Origin: Myxococcales bacterium
GTDB lineage: Bacteria > Desulfobacterota > Binatia > HRBIN30
Length of the DNA: 64,000 bases
Direction of reading: 5' to 3'
NCBI GenBank assembly: GCA_037445065.1
Contig: JBBILD010000013.1
Span: forward strand, 1 to 64,000
Positions 17,172 through 27,073 of the stretch are shown here, piece by piece (the first letter of the stretch is position 1; every line of letters starts with the position of its first letter). The notes under the pieces are model-generated. The model made no database searches. It was not told the origin of the DNA and saw nothing but the letters and a program-made list of their open reading frames with translations. The position numbers and the translations under genes were made by a program.

Positions 17172-18347
17172 ATGATCCAGGCGGTCCTCCGGCAAGCAGA
17201 ACGACTGGCGCGCATCGATGCGAACCGTGCCTTATTGCGCTTCGTGAACGGCATCGAGTGGCTCTTACGCGATCCAGCCGCAGTGGTGGGCCGCACTCCG
17301 TACGAGGTGGTGCACAAGCACGACAAGCTCGAAGTGCGGCGCTACCAGCTCGGCCGGGTGCGAGCCAGCCACCAGCTACCGATCTTGCTCGTCCCTCCCC
17401 TCATGGTGAAGCCCTTCATTTATGACCTGCTTCCCGAGCGGTCGCTCGTGGCCTTTCTCCTGCAGCGCGGCTTTCGCGTCTATGTCGTGGACTTCGGGGA
17501 ACCCGACCAAGCCGACCAACTCGTGCGGCTGGACCATTACATACTCGATTGGATGCCGCAGGCATGTGAAGCGGTCCGCCGGGATAGCGGGATCCGGCCG
17601 CTGTCGCTGTTCGGGTACTGTATGGGCGGTATCTTCTGTCTCACCCATACCGCCGCCAACGAAGACCGGGATGTGCGCAACATCGTATGCCTCGCGGTAC
17701 CCCTCGACATGAGCAAGATGGGCCTACTCGCGTGGGTCGCAAAGCTGGCAGGCAGTCAGGTGGATAGCATTGCTCGCCGCTTGGGAAACGTGCCGGGAGG
17801 TCTATCGAGTACGGCTTTTAGGCTGCTGACTCCGGCGAAGAACTTTACGCGCTACGCCGATCTTTTCCTCAACCTGTGGAACGAAGAATTCGTCAATGGC
17901 TTCGATGCGATGAATCAGTGGGTGAGCCAGTTTATTGATTACCCGCGCGACGCCTTCATTCAGTTCAACCGCGAGTTTTTACAGCGCAACAAGCTCGCCC
18001 GCGGGCAACTCACCTTGCGCGGCAAGGTGGCAGATCTGCGCCGGATCGAAGCGAACCTGCTGGTGTTTGCTGGCAAGACCGATCAAATCGCCTCACCTGC
18101 GTCTGTTCGCCCTCTCCTCGATAAAGTGAGCAGCGCTGACAAGACCTTCCTGCTCGTCCCCGGGGGACATATGGGCGTGCTCGCCGGGGCGCAAGCACCG
18201 ACACAGGTGTGGGAGCCAATGGCCAAGTGGCTGGCCGCCCGCTCGCGGTACCAGGAACGAAAGCCGAGGCAAGCATCTTCCGGCCCCGCCCTTCGCGCGG
18301 CGCACTCGGGCGCCACCCGGGATCGGCGTGCGGCTGCCGCCGGCTGA
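17172..18347 (+). CDS. Class III PhaC-like polyhydroxyalkanoate synthase / alpha-beta hydrolase
   Basis: GRTPYEVV, PILLVPPL..KPFIYDL.PERSLV, VVDFG, lipase box GYCMGG, DQIA and GGHMG give a Cys-Asp-His triad. Confidence 0.75.
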   Translation: MIQAVLRQAERLARIDANRALLRFVNGIEWLLRDPAAVVGRTPYEVVHKHDKLEVRRYQLGRVRASHQLPILLVPPLMVKPFIYDLLPERSLVAFLLQRGFRVYVVDFGEPDQADQLVRLDHYILDWMPQACEAVRRDSGIRPLSLFGYCMGGIFCLTHTAANEDRDVRNIVCLAVPLDMSKMGLLAWVAKLAGSQVDSIARRLGNVPGGLSSTAFRLLTPAKNFTRYADLFLNLWNEEFVNGFDAMNQWVSQFIDYPRDAFIQFNREFLQRNKLARGQLTLRGKVADLRRIEANLLVFAGKTDQIASPASVRPLLDKVSSADKTFLLVPGGHMGVLAGAQAPTQVWEPMAKWLAARSRYQERKPRQASSGPALRAAHSGATRDRRAAAAG

Positions 18348-18365
18348 CCGATTGGGGAGGATGGG

Positions 18366-18698
18366 ATGCTGTTCATCGCCGAATACGAGTTTTCTTGGGA
18401 TATGCTCGACGCCGCCGTTGCGAAGCGACTGGAATGGGACCAGGCAGCTCCAGAGGATTTTGCCTTCGTCGGCGAGTTCATCTGGGCACACGGTGACCCA
18501 GCGTTTCGCGGAGTAGCCATTTTTCAATGCGAGAGCGTGGACTCCGTGCACCAGTTTGTCCTTCACTACGGACCCACCCTGCGCATGCGGGTCCACCCCG
18601 CCACCGACGTACTCTCGGCCATCGCTGCCTACACGGGCCAGCGCTTGGCTGGCCACCAGGCTGGCCGACCAAAACGCCGAAAACAGCGGAACTCTTGA
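18366..18698 (+). CDS. Small ferredoxin-like-fold protein (DUF3303-like)
   Basis: MLFIAEY...GVAIFQCES...VHPA pattern; GGAGG SD. Confidence 0.55.
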   Translation: MLFIAEYEFSWDMLDAAVAKRLEWDQAAPEDFAFVGEFIWAHGDPAFRGVAIFQCESVDSVHQFVLHYGPTLRMRVHPATDVLSAIAAYTGQRLAGHQAGRPKRRKQRNS

Positions 18699-18897
18699 GG
18701 GCACAAGCGTGTGCACGAGAACCTGGAGCGCACAACTGGCGCGAGCCTTTGTGGCCGCGGTCAGGTGGCCCGCTTCGCGAATAGCGAGTGCAGCGGAGCG
18801 ACGCACGCCGCAACCCTTGCTCGGGAGGTAGGGGGCTCTTGACGGCAGGCCTTCGGTTGTATTGAAGCAATGCGCTTCCCGGGCGGAGGATCGAGCG

Positions 18898-19155
18898 TTG
18901 TCAACGAAAACTAAGGTGGTCGCCGAAATCTACCAGCCACGGCCTGTCCAAGAGGTGCTCGACGAGGCTCTCGGCCGGTTGCGCAACCGGCAAGCTGCCG
19001 AAGAAGCGAAGCTTTGGATCAAGCGGGTGGAAGCGCTGCTCGATTGGATTGTGGCCCACCCGAAACTCGTCGAAGTGCGGCACGAGGCGGCCCGCTTGCT
19101 CACCGACCTGCGCGGTGAGGATGCTTTAGAGCCACCGCCGAATCGCAAGGTCTGA
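18898..19155 (+). CDS. Small hypothetical helical protein
   Basis: TTG start after GGAGG; amphipathic helical sequence. Confidence 0.5.
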   Translation: MSTKTKVVAEIYQPRPVQEVLDEALGRLRNRQAAEEAKLWIKRVEALLDWIVAHPKLVEVRHEAARLLTDLRGEDALEPPPNRKV

Positions 19156-19429
19156 CCGACCAACACGCACCCTCGAGCTGGCAAGCGCCGGCTTGTTGAC
19201 ACACCGCCGTCCGCTGGCCACGGATTCGCAAACACTCACATTCGCTAGCCGTGCAGAAGAATGCCAACGCGCCCCTGGGTATCGCAGCCACCCAGCGTTG
19301 TCCCGCTAAACCACGTATTCTCCGAGGTTCCGCCACCCAAACCCAAAAGCGTTCGGTCCCGTGCACGAGGAGCCGGACGTCGAAGCTGACTGCTGCCTGT
19401 GCGGGCCGCCTGCGACGCAGGCCCGCCCG

Positions 19430-19846
19430 TCACTCGCCTCCCCGACCGAGGGGCGGCCCACCCGCTTCGGGGAGCTGCACTTTGTAGCCGCATTCTGGGT
19501 CGGCAAGGGGCATGGGTCGCGGCTCGCCGCCATACCAGGGGTAGCCCCGGCACACCAGAGGCCGCTGTTCGTAGGCTCGGCAGCGGCCGTCGCTGCCAAG
19601 CTGATCGCAGGTGTACAAATACGCGCTCTCCGGAAGTTGGGCCGTGTAAAACGGGTTTCGCTCCATCGCCTCGGCGCGGGTGAGCGGGCGCCAGTGCTCG
19701 GCCGCAAACTGCAGGTCCGACGGGATGCCGAGTACCCGCGTGAGCTCCGCCATGGCACGCAGCTCTTCGGGCGAGCGGTCAATGGTGATAACCCGGCAGC
19801 AGGCGCCGCAGGCAGTACACAGCTCGGCACCGCTGGCTTCGCTCAT
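19430..19846 (-). CDS. YkgJ-family cysteine-cluster protein
   Basis: CTACGACC...CDQL..DGRCRAYEQRPLVCRGYP. Confidence 0.85.
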   Translation of the reverse strand: MSEASGAELCTACGACCRVITIDRSPEELRAMAELTRVLGIPSDLQFAAEHWRPLTRAEAMERNPFYTAQLPESAYLYTCDQLGSDGRCRAYEQRPLVCRGYPWYGGEPRPMPLADPECGYKVQLPEAGGPPLGRGGE

Positions 19847-19848
19847 CC

Positions 19849-20283
19849 TCACTTCTTGCCTTTGTAGCGGAAGGAGTCCGGGCGCAGAAAATCGCGCTGG
19901 ACTTGACCTTGGAACCCTTCCCGCACGTCGTAGACGTTGTAACGGTCGGGTTCGATCAAACTCGGCCGCACTTGTTTGACGCGCCGTCCTTGCGCGTCAT
20001 AGACATCGAGCTGATTCGGGTCCAAAAAGTTCTTGCGCACCTCTCCCGTTTTCCGGCCTTGCAGATCGCGCAGTTCGTAGGTGTCCGACCGCAACCAATT
20101 GGGCCGCAAGGTGCCTACCCTTTTGCCTCCCTCATAAATGTCGTATTCACCCTCGCGCAAGAAATTCGGGCGGATCTCCCGCTGCACCTCCTCGCCTACG
20201 GCTTGGCGCGCAAGCAAGCCAGAAGCCCCCACCCACGCCGCGCACCACGAAAGCACCACCAGTCGCCATTTTGGGAGATTCAT
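19849..20283 (-). CDS. Secreted hypothetical protein with tandem ~23-aa repeats
   Basis: Signal peptide followed by repeated (I/L/V)R(P/K)N.L..D.Y.VYD..G.R motif. Confidence 0.65.
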   Translation of the reverse strand: MNLPKWRLVVLSWCAAWVGASGLLARQAVGEEVQREIRPNFLREGEYDIYEGGKRVGTLRPNWLRSDTYELRDLQGRKTGEVRKNFLDPNQLDVYDAQGRRVKQVRPSLIEPDRYNVYDVREGFQGQVQRDFLRPDSFRYKGKK

Positions 20284-21046
20284 CACCAGCCCTCCTAACG
20301 GCCTTTAAGTATACCACGCCTGGCACGGGCGGGACAGAGCACAACGGCTCCATACGGCAAGGAAAACGACCGAAATCTTCGACTCGCTCGTAAGCCGCAA
20401 ACAGCACACCGGCGAGCACGATGCGGCACCCCGCACACATCTTACAGGGCTGAGCGCTCGACCACTGCGCTGCCGAAGCAGGCATCGAGGTTCGGCGCGC
20501 CGTGGCCTCGGGAGCGCGCTTTCGCAACACAACGGGAGTCTCGGGGCCTACGTCCCCCGCCCTTTCGTACAACTCGCAAATGGTGGCCGAGATACGCCAG
20601 CGACCCGCGGTGCCACCCGCCACTGAGAGGACTGCAGATCGGAGCCGCGCGCATGCCCGTTTGCACGACGCGAACGCAGTTCAGAGGCCAAAGCAAGCGC
20701 TTTTTTGACGCGTTCGCCCAAAGCTTCCAGAGGCGAGGGCGTGTTCGTCGCCAAGACGCAGTAAAGTGCTGCAACCGATCTACGGCGCAAGTTCGGAGTG
20801 CGGGTTTTGGCAACGCCGGCTTCGCTGCCAGTGTCGCTGATCCCGCTGGCCACTTGCCCACTCAAGTTCCAAGGCTGGCCCCCACTTTGGTGCAGCGTCT
20901 TTCCCGCGCGCGATCCGTCGCATTTTGTCCCGCGCGCGATGGCACTGCACGACCTTCGCGGATCAGCGGCGCCAGGAGCGGAGGCGCGGACGGCTCGCGG
21001 TTGCGGACGTTGACTCGGCGTGCACAAGCGAAGTAAGCCTGGATTT

Positions 21047-22843
21047 ATGCTTCAGTCCCAGAAAACCCGTGCGACGCACCTTCCTTCCCGCTTCAGTGGT
21101 TTTCTGCTCGCTGTTTTCCTATGCGCCGCGCTTGGGTACGCGCTTGCCGGTTGCGGCGACGACGGCGAGCAAGCACGTGCCCCCTCCGCACCTCTGCTGC
21201 GAGTCGGAGCGGCGGCAGTACCGATCACTCCGTGCGGCCCGAACCCGGATTGGGACGGCCCGATTACCGCCAACGGTGTGTGGGGTGAAGTGTACGAGGA
21301 TCGCAACGGCAATGGGCGTTGGGATGCCGGTGAGCCCTTTACCAACGATCCCCGCAACAACGACCTCGACCCCGGTTCGCGAACCAAGTACGATGGTATT
21401 TTTCTGGCTGGCTTCGGCAGCAACCGCATTGCGCGCGGCTGCCTCGACGACCTGTGGGCACGAGCCTTGGTTCTCGAAGCAGGCGCCACCAAGGTCGCCC
21501 TGGTCAGTGTCGATCTGATCGGTACCGTCAAGTACGGCAAGTACTACGGCTTTGCGCACGCGGAGCGGCAAGTTGACCCGAGCCTCGGCATTGATGCGTT
21601 TTTGTACTCGAGCACGCACAACCACCAGGGGCCAGATTCCCTCGGTCTTTGGGGCTCGGAAATGTTCCGCGATGGAAAGTTCCCGCTCTACCTCCAGTTC
21701 GTGGACCGGCAAGTGGCGCGCGCCATCACCGAGGCGGGACGAGAAAGTGCGATGCGTCCGGTGCGGGTGCGCGCTGCGCTCACCAACCCCGTGCTCGATC
21801 CGGACCTCCTCGGCTTGCAAGTGAGGACCACCTGCCGCCCGCCGTGGTTTTTCGACACCGAGATGCGGATTCTCCAATTCATCGATCCCGACGGAAACAC
21901 GGTGGCCACGTTGGTCAATTGGAACACCCATCCCGAGTCGCTCGAGGACCAAAACCAATTCGTCAGTTCGGACTTCCCAGCGTACATCCGCGAGCGCGTG
22001 GAGCGGGAAGTGGGCGGGCTTGCGGTGTATGTTTCCGGCGATCTGGGGGCTGTGGAAATCGTCGGCGACACCTGTGTCGGCAACGCCGACCCGCGCGCAG
22101 ACGGTGGCAACGAGTTCGATCGCCGCGACAACCTCGGCCCCGAGCGCACCCGCCGGATCGGCGAGTTGGTGGGCGGAGCTGCCGTGCGTGCTTTGCAACG
22201 CGCGGAGACCTTGGAGGTGGCGGCGCTCGACGTTCGGCAAGCCGGTTACTACCTGCCTGGCTCCAACGCACTCTTCTTCTTCGCCAACCAGATCGGGCTC
22301 TTGGATTTGGATGAGCAAATTTTTGCGCTCGATCACTGCCCGCCGGGTACTGGGATTTGCGTGCCCGTAGAGCAGCAATTGCTCAGTTTGTTGAGCGCAA
22401 ACGGGCGCCCTCTGGTGCAGATGGTCACGCTCCCCGGAGAGGTATTCCCAGAGCTGATCTACGGCGTGGAGCAGCACCGCCGGCAAGACTGCCCGGCAGC
22501 ACACACCGGTGCGGCCTACGAACCGAGCGTCCTCGCCTCCCTGCGTGCACCGTATCGGGTGTTCCTCGGGCTTTCTCCCGACGAGTTCGGTTACATCGTG
22601 CCCGGTTACGATTTCTACCCAGCGCCGTCCATCGACGAAGAGGCGCGCGATGCCTGCCACGGCCAGTCCTACGATCCTCGCTCCCCGGGCCGACGCGTGC
22701 CCTCGCATTACCATGAAAGCCTGTCGGTCGGCATGGACATCGCCGCAGCGGTCAACTGCACGGTCCTGGAACTCGTCGGAGAGCAGGCCGTGGTCGAGGC
22801 GAACCCCGCATGCCAGCGGGCTGTGCGATTCCCCTGGCGTTAA
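21047..22843 (+). CDS. Lipoprotein, neutral/alkaline ceramidase-like hydrolase
   Basis: LAGC lipobox; LAGFG, DDLWARALVL, STHNHQGPD, NWNTHPE, SSDFP and PGEVFP. Confidence 0.65.
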   Translation: MLQSQKTRATHLPSRFSGFLLAVFLCAALGYALAGCGDDGEQARAPSAPLLRVGAAAVPITPCGPNPDWDGPITANGVWGEVYEDRNGNGRWDAGEPFTNDPRNNDLDPGSRTKYDGIFLAGFGSNRIARGCLDDLWARALVLEAGATKVALVSVDLIGTVKYGKYYGFAHAERQVDPSLGIDAFLYSSTHNHQGPDSLGLWGSEMFRDGKFPLYLQFVDRQVARAITEAGRESAMRPVRVRAALTNPVLDPDLLGLQVRTTCRPPWFFDTEMRILQFIDPDGNTVATLVNWNTHPESLEDQNQFVSSDFPAYIRERVEREVGGLAVYVSGDLGAVEIVGDTCVGNADPRADGGNEFDRRDNLGPERTRRIGELVGGAAVRALQRAETLEVAALDVRQAGYYLPGSNALFFFANQIGLLDLDEQIFALDHCPPGTGICVPVEQQLLSLLSANGRPLVQMVTLPGEVFPELIYGVEQHRRQDCPAAHTGAAYEPSVLASLRAPYRVFLGLSPDEFGYIVPGYDFYPAPSIDEEARDACHGQSYDPRSPGRRVPSHYHESLSVGMDIAAAVNCTVLELVGEQAVVEANPACQRAVRFPWR

Positions 22844-23418
22844 GCCTGTGGGTTCTCGTGGGTGCGGCCCGTGCTCATGTGCCGTTCCTGCAGGCGCAAC
22901 TCACGCGCTGGTTGCGTGCATCGGACTGCGTCGGTGCAGGCCGTGTGCAGATCGTAGAAGAGGCGGACGGCACGTCGCGTTGGGTGGCCGCCCCAGTGCT
23001 CAGTTGGTGCGGGGAGGAACTGCCGGAAGCTGTCGAGCTGCCTGCGGTGCACGGGGCGGTACAAGAAGGCTGGAGCGTGTTGTTCTTCCGCCTTCGGGCC
23101 GGCCGCTGGCAAGCCCTAACCCCACAGGGTGGGGGACTGGGGCTCGAGCGCCCTGACTTTGCGCCGGTACACCGCGCGTTGCGCCGAGCCGCCTTTCTAG
23201 AACGCCGCTCAGGACTCTCCGCAGAACAGCGGCGCAAACCGTGGTGGGAACTGCTCGCGGCGCAGAGCGCTCCATGGCGCTATCACGCCGCGCTCGAACT
23301 GTGGGAGTCGCTGCAACACGATGGAGGGCTGACCGAGCAAGAGCGCAACTCCCTTGCGACCCTGCGCGCCCAACACCCGCAAGACCCGGCGCTCGATCTG
23401 CTCGAGCGCACTCGCTGA
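22810..23418 (+). CDS. Hypothetical exported protein
   Basis: Signal-like N-terminus (ARA-H); overlaps the upstream gene end; start uncertain. Confidence 0.5.
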   Translation: MPAGCAIPLALSLWVLVGAARAHVPFLQAQLTRWLRASDCVGAGRVQIVEEADGTSRWVAAPVLSWCGEELPEAVELPAVHGAVQEGWSVLFFRLRAGRWQALTPQGGGLGLERPDFAPVHRALRRAAFLERRSGLSAEQRRKPWWELLAAQSAPWRYHAALELWESLQHDGGLTEQERNSLATLRAQHPQDPALDLLERTR

Positions 23419-23425
23419 GGGCGGT

Positions 23426-24499
23426 TCAAGCCGACAGCTTTGCGCCCGCCGACTGTAACTGCAGGAAGAGCTGTGCCAGCGCTGGCGGCACCCCGGTCTC
23501 CTCTTCCTGCGTGGAGTCAGGCAAACTTTCGTACGCGAGAATGTTGAGTTGCGCGAACTTCTCGCGCACCCGCGGGGTTAAGAGCCCCAAGCGCTTCAAG
23601 TTGGGAACGATCTTCGAGAACAACAACTGGCGGAAGCCAACCATGAACGGGGTGTTCAACGACCACGGCAGCCAGATCTTCGGGTCCAAGCCGATGCGCT
23701 CCCACACCTCCTCCATGAGCAAGCGGTCGCGCATGAGCACCGTGGCCTCGATGACGAACTCCTCGCGTTCTTTCAGTTCGGTTGAAGCCATCTCCTTCGT
23801 GTAGAGGCCCTCCAGCGAAAGAACCCCGAAGGCCACGTGCCGAGCCTCGTCGCGCATCACATAGGTCGTGATCTGCTGGATGAGTGGCTCCTCGAACTGG
23901 GTAAAGCGCATGAAGCCAAAGGCAGCCAAGGCCAGGCCCTCGATCATGATCTGCATGCCGAGGTAAACCATATCCCAGCGCGATTCGCTGATGATTTGCT
24001 GCAGAAGCGTGCGCAGGTGCGGATTGACCGGGTAACTCAAGCCGAGCTTTTCCGTGAGGTAGCGCCGGTACACTTCCACATGCCGCGCTTCGTCTGCCAC
24101 TTGGTTGGCGGCGTAGAACTTGGCCTCCGTCCACGGCACTGCGCTCACCAGTTGCGCCGTCGCTAGCAGCGCCCCTTGCTCGCCATGCATGAACTGAGAG
24201 AGCATCCACGCGTCGAAGTGGTGGCGCATGCGCTGGCGCATCTTCACATCGAGCCTCTCCGGCGGGTTCAGCACAGCATCGAAGGCGGCCATGTTTTCTG
24301 GCCGCACCCGTTCCGGGTCGACATCAATGGACCAATCGATGTCCGTACTCGCGTTCCACTGCAGCCGCTTGCCCTTCTCGTAGAGATTCACCAGCTCCGG
24401 ACGCTCGAACTTGTACTCCCAATTGAACAAGCTCTGATACGCCGTCTGCACCGCTTCTAGCGGCCCGCTGGCAGGAATCTCGATTTGCGTCTGCACCAT
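23426..24499 (-). CDS. Ferritin-like diiron protein (AurF/N-oxygenase-like)
   Basis: SQFMHGEQGAL, DEARHVE, EGLA and DEARHVAFG (two ExxH motifs). Confidence 0.85.
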   Translation of the reverse strand: MVQTQIEIPASGPLEAVQTAYQSLFNWEYKFERPELVNLYEKGKRLQWNASTDIDWSIDVDPERVRPENMAAFDAVLNPPERLDVKMRQRMRHHFDAWMLSQFMHGEQGALLATAQLVSAVPWTEAKFYAANQVADEARHVEVYRRYLTEKLGLSYPVNPHLRTLLQQIISESRWDMVYLGMQIMIEGLALAAFGFMRFTQFEEPLIQQITTYVMRDEARHVAFGVLSLEGLYTKEMASTELKEREEFVIEATVLMRDRLLMEEVWERIGLDPKIWLPWSLNTPFMVGFRQLLFSKIVPNLKRLGLLTPRVREKFAQLNILAYESLPDSTQEEETGVPPALAQLFLQLQSAGAKLSA

Positions 24500-24677
24500 A
24501 TCGCCCTCCCCGTCTACGCGAGAACCTTGCCGCACACGCAGCGCATGTCAGCATAAAACTTGTTTGTCCGAGTGGCAACGCATTTCGGGGAGCCTTTTCA
24601 CCCGCTCGCCGGCCTACCCCAGCCATTGGCGCCGGGCAGTAGAAAGGCTGCTGGCTTTGGGTTAGACGCGAGCCTCG

Positions 24678-25616
24678 ATGTTCGAGGGGCGCAAAGTCGC
24701 CGTCATCGTGCCTGCACGCAACGAGGCCGCGCACATCGCCGAGGTGCTGCGCCAAATGCCCGCGTACGTGGACGCGGTATACGTGGTAGACGACGGCTCC
24801 AGCGACAATACCGCCGAGGTCGCGCAAAGCGTAGCGGACGCGCGGGTGCGGGTCCTTCGCCGCACGGTTCCCCCCCATGGGGTCGGCGCGGCCACCAAGA
24901 CCGGTTTCCGCGCCGCTCTCGAGGAAGGGGCCGAGTTGTTGGTGAAGCTGGATGGAGACGGCCAAATGGACCCAGCGCGCATCGAGCTGTTGCTCCAGCC
25001 CCTCGCACGCGAGGGCTACGAGTACGCGAAAGCGAATCGTTTCCTGCATAGCGAGGCACTACGCGCGATGCCCACGGCGCGCTTGCTCGGCAATCTGGCT
25101 CTCACCTTTCTCACCAAGCTCGCCAGCGGCTACTGGCACTTGTTCGACCCCCAAAACGGCTTCGTGGCGATTCGCGCCGAGCGTCTGCGAGAGCTCCCCT
25201 TGGAGCGGATTGCCGATGACTTCTTTTTCGAAAACGACATGTTGATCCAGCTCAACATCCGCAACGCGCGGGCGTGCGATGTGGCTGTGCCAGCGCGTTA
25301 CGGGGACGAGGTTTCCGATCTGCGCATTTGGCGCGTGCTCCTCACCTTCCCGTGGCGCCTGGGGCGGGGGTTGTGGCGGCGGATTTGGGAGAAGTACGTG
25401 CTGCGCGATTTCTCGCCAATTGCCATGTTCTGGCTTCTCGGCATCCCGCTAATGGCCTTCGGGTTTTGTTTTGGGCTCTGGCACTGGGCGGCTTCCATCT
25501 ACAGCGGCCGCCCAGCGCCTACGGGCACAGTCATGCTGAGCGTGCTGCCCTTCTTGATCGGCTTCGAACTCATTTTGCAGGCTGTGATTCTCGAGATCCG
25601 CGAGTCACCGCGATGA
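24678..25616 (+). CDS. Glycosyltransferase family 2 (DPM-synthase-like)
   Basis: VIVPARNE, VVDDGSSD, KLDGDGQMDP, two C-terminal TM segments. Confidence 0.9.
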   Translation: MFEGRKVAVIVPARNEAAHIAEVLRQMPAYVDAVYVVDDGSSDNTAEVAQSVADARVRVLRRTVPPHGVGAATKTGFRAALEEGAELLVKLDGDGQMDPARIELLLQPLAREGYEYAKANRFLHSEALRAMPTARLLGNLALTFLTKLASGYWHLFDPQNGFVAIRAERLRELPLERIADDFFFENDMLIQLNIRNARACDVAVPARYGDEVSDLRIWRVLLTFPWRLGRGLWRRIWEKYVLRDFSPIAMFWLLGIPLMAFGFCFGLWHWAASIYSGRPAPTGTVMLSVLPFLIGFELILQAVILEIRESPR

Positions 25617-26278
25617 AGCAAGCAGCCAGCCGCCACATCCCTGGTACGGGCGGACGTCCCGTGCGCCTGGCCGTGTTGCTGTCGGGCAGCGGCACGACTC
25701 TGCAGAATTTTTTGGATCTGATCCGCAGCGGCGCTCTCCAGGCAAGCGTGGAAGTGGTGCTGTCCTCGCGCGCCGACGCGTACGGGCTCGAGCGGGCGCG
25801 CAGCGCCGGCATCCCCGCCTTTGCGGTACCGCGCAAGGAGTTCGCAAGCCTGGAGGCATTTAACGACGCTCTCCACGCCCGGCTCGACTCATTCGCAATC
25901 GACTTGGTGCTGCTGGCGGGCTTTCTTTCCCGGTTTGAACTGCGCGAGCGGTACCGTGATCGGGTGCTCAACGTGCACCCGGCGCTCATCCCTGCCTTCA
26001 GCGGGCAGGGATTTTACGGCATGCGGGTGCACGAGGCCGTGATCGCCAGCGGGGTGAAAGTGAGCGGTTGCACCGTCCATTTTGCAGACGAAGAGTACGA
26101 CCACGGGCCGATCATTTTGCAGGAATGCGTTCCCGTGCTCGACGACGACACCCCGGAAACTCTCGCCGCGCGTGTGCAAGCGGTGGAACGGCGCCTCTAT
26201 CCCGAGGCAGTACGTTTCTGGAGCGAGGGACGGCTCGAAATCCGCGGCAGGCGGGTGCGGATCCGGCCCCTTCGCTAG
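25613..26278 (+). CDS. purN: Phosphoribosylglycinamide formyltransferase
   Basis: VLLSGSGTTLQ, LAGF, LNVHPALIP, GCTVHF..EEYDHGPII. Confidence 0.95.
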   Translation: MKQAASRHIPGTGGRPVRLAVLLSGSGTTLQNFLDLIRSGALQASVEVVLSSRADAYGLERARSAGIPAFAVPRKEFASLEAFNDALHARLDSFAIDLVLLAGFLSRFELRERYRDRVLNVHPALIPAFSGQGFYGMRVHEAVIASGVKVSGCTVHFADEEYDHGPIILQECVPVLDDDTPETLAARVQAVERRLYPEAVRFWSEGRLEIRGRRVRIRPLR

Positions 26279-26928
26279 TTTCTGCCTGCAGCTTTTGGCT
26301 CGCCGGAACTGCTCCCCTGGGCGGCAGGAGGGACCAATCCGCCGCTCGTCGTGCTCGCACCTGCCGCTTTGCCCTTGCGCTTCGCGCTGGGAGCCAGCAC
26401 CACACTCATCACCCGGCCCTCCATGCGCGGCGTGCCTTCCACCGAACCGACATCAGCCAGCGCCTCGCACACTTTCATGAGCTTTTCTTGCCCCAGTTCC
26501 TGGTAGGCCATCTCCCGCCCACGAAAGCGCAAAGTGAATTTGACCCGATCTCCGGCCAGCAAAAACTCGCGTGCCCGTTGAATCTGCCGCTCGAGGTCTC
26601 CGACGTCGGTACGGTACCCGAGGCGCAGCTCCTTGACGGTGGTAACACTCTGCTTGCGCCGTGCCTCCGCCTCCTTCTTGTGCTGCTGGTACTTGAACTT
26701 TCCGTAATCCATGATCCGGCAAACCGGAGGCTGCGCGTTGGGCGCAACTTCCACCAAGTCTAACTGCGCCTCTTCCGCACGGCGCAGTGCCTCCTCGATC
26801 GGGACGATTCCGAGCTGCGTGCCGTCCGGTCCGACTAAGCGAACCTGCGCTGCCCGGATGTATTGGTTGATCCGGTGCGCGTCTGGTGGTGGGGGGGTAA
26901 ACCGTGGACCTCTTCCGCGAAACGCCAA
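26275..26928 (-). CDS. infC: Translation initiation factor IF-3
   Basis: RINQYIRA..VRLV, LDLVEVAP.A.PPVCRIMDYGKFKY, FRGREM; non-ATG start. Confidence 0.97.
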   Translation of the reverse strand: MAFRGRGPRFTPPPPDAHRINQYIRAAQVRLVGPDGTQLGIVPIEEALRRAEEAQLDLVEVAPNAQPPVCRIMDYGKFKYQQHKKEAEARRKQSVTTVKELRLGYRTDVGDLERQIQRAREFLLAGDRVKFTLRFRGREMAYQELGQEKLMKVCEALADVGSVEGTPRMEGRVMSVVLAPSAKRKGKAAGASTTSGGLVPPAAQGSSSGEPKAAGRN

Positions 26929-27073
26929 AATCTCTCCTTCCGCTCGAACCGTTCGCCGCCAAATCTACACTGACTGCTGGCCACTGACAACCCGACTCCC
27001 GTGCCTCTCTCGCAACCACGCCACGCGTGCACCTGTGCGGTTCTAGGCCAGCTTGCCCCTGCTCTCTGCCCGC

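Noticed and set aside
20290..21040. ORFs in the ~750-bp divergent gap
   Set aside because: No frame gives a protein-like sequence or a clear SD; left unannotated.
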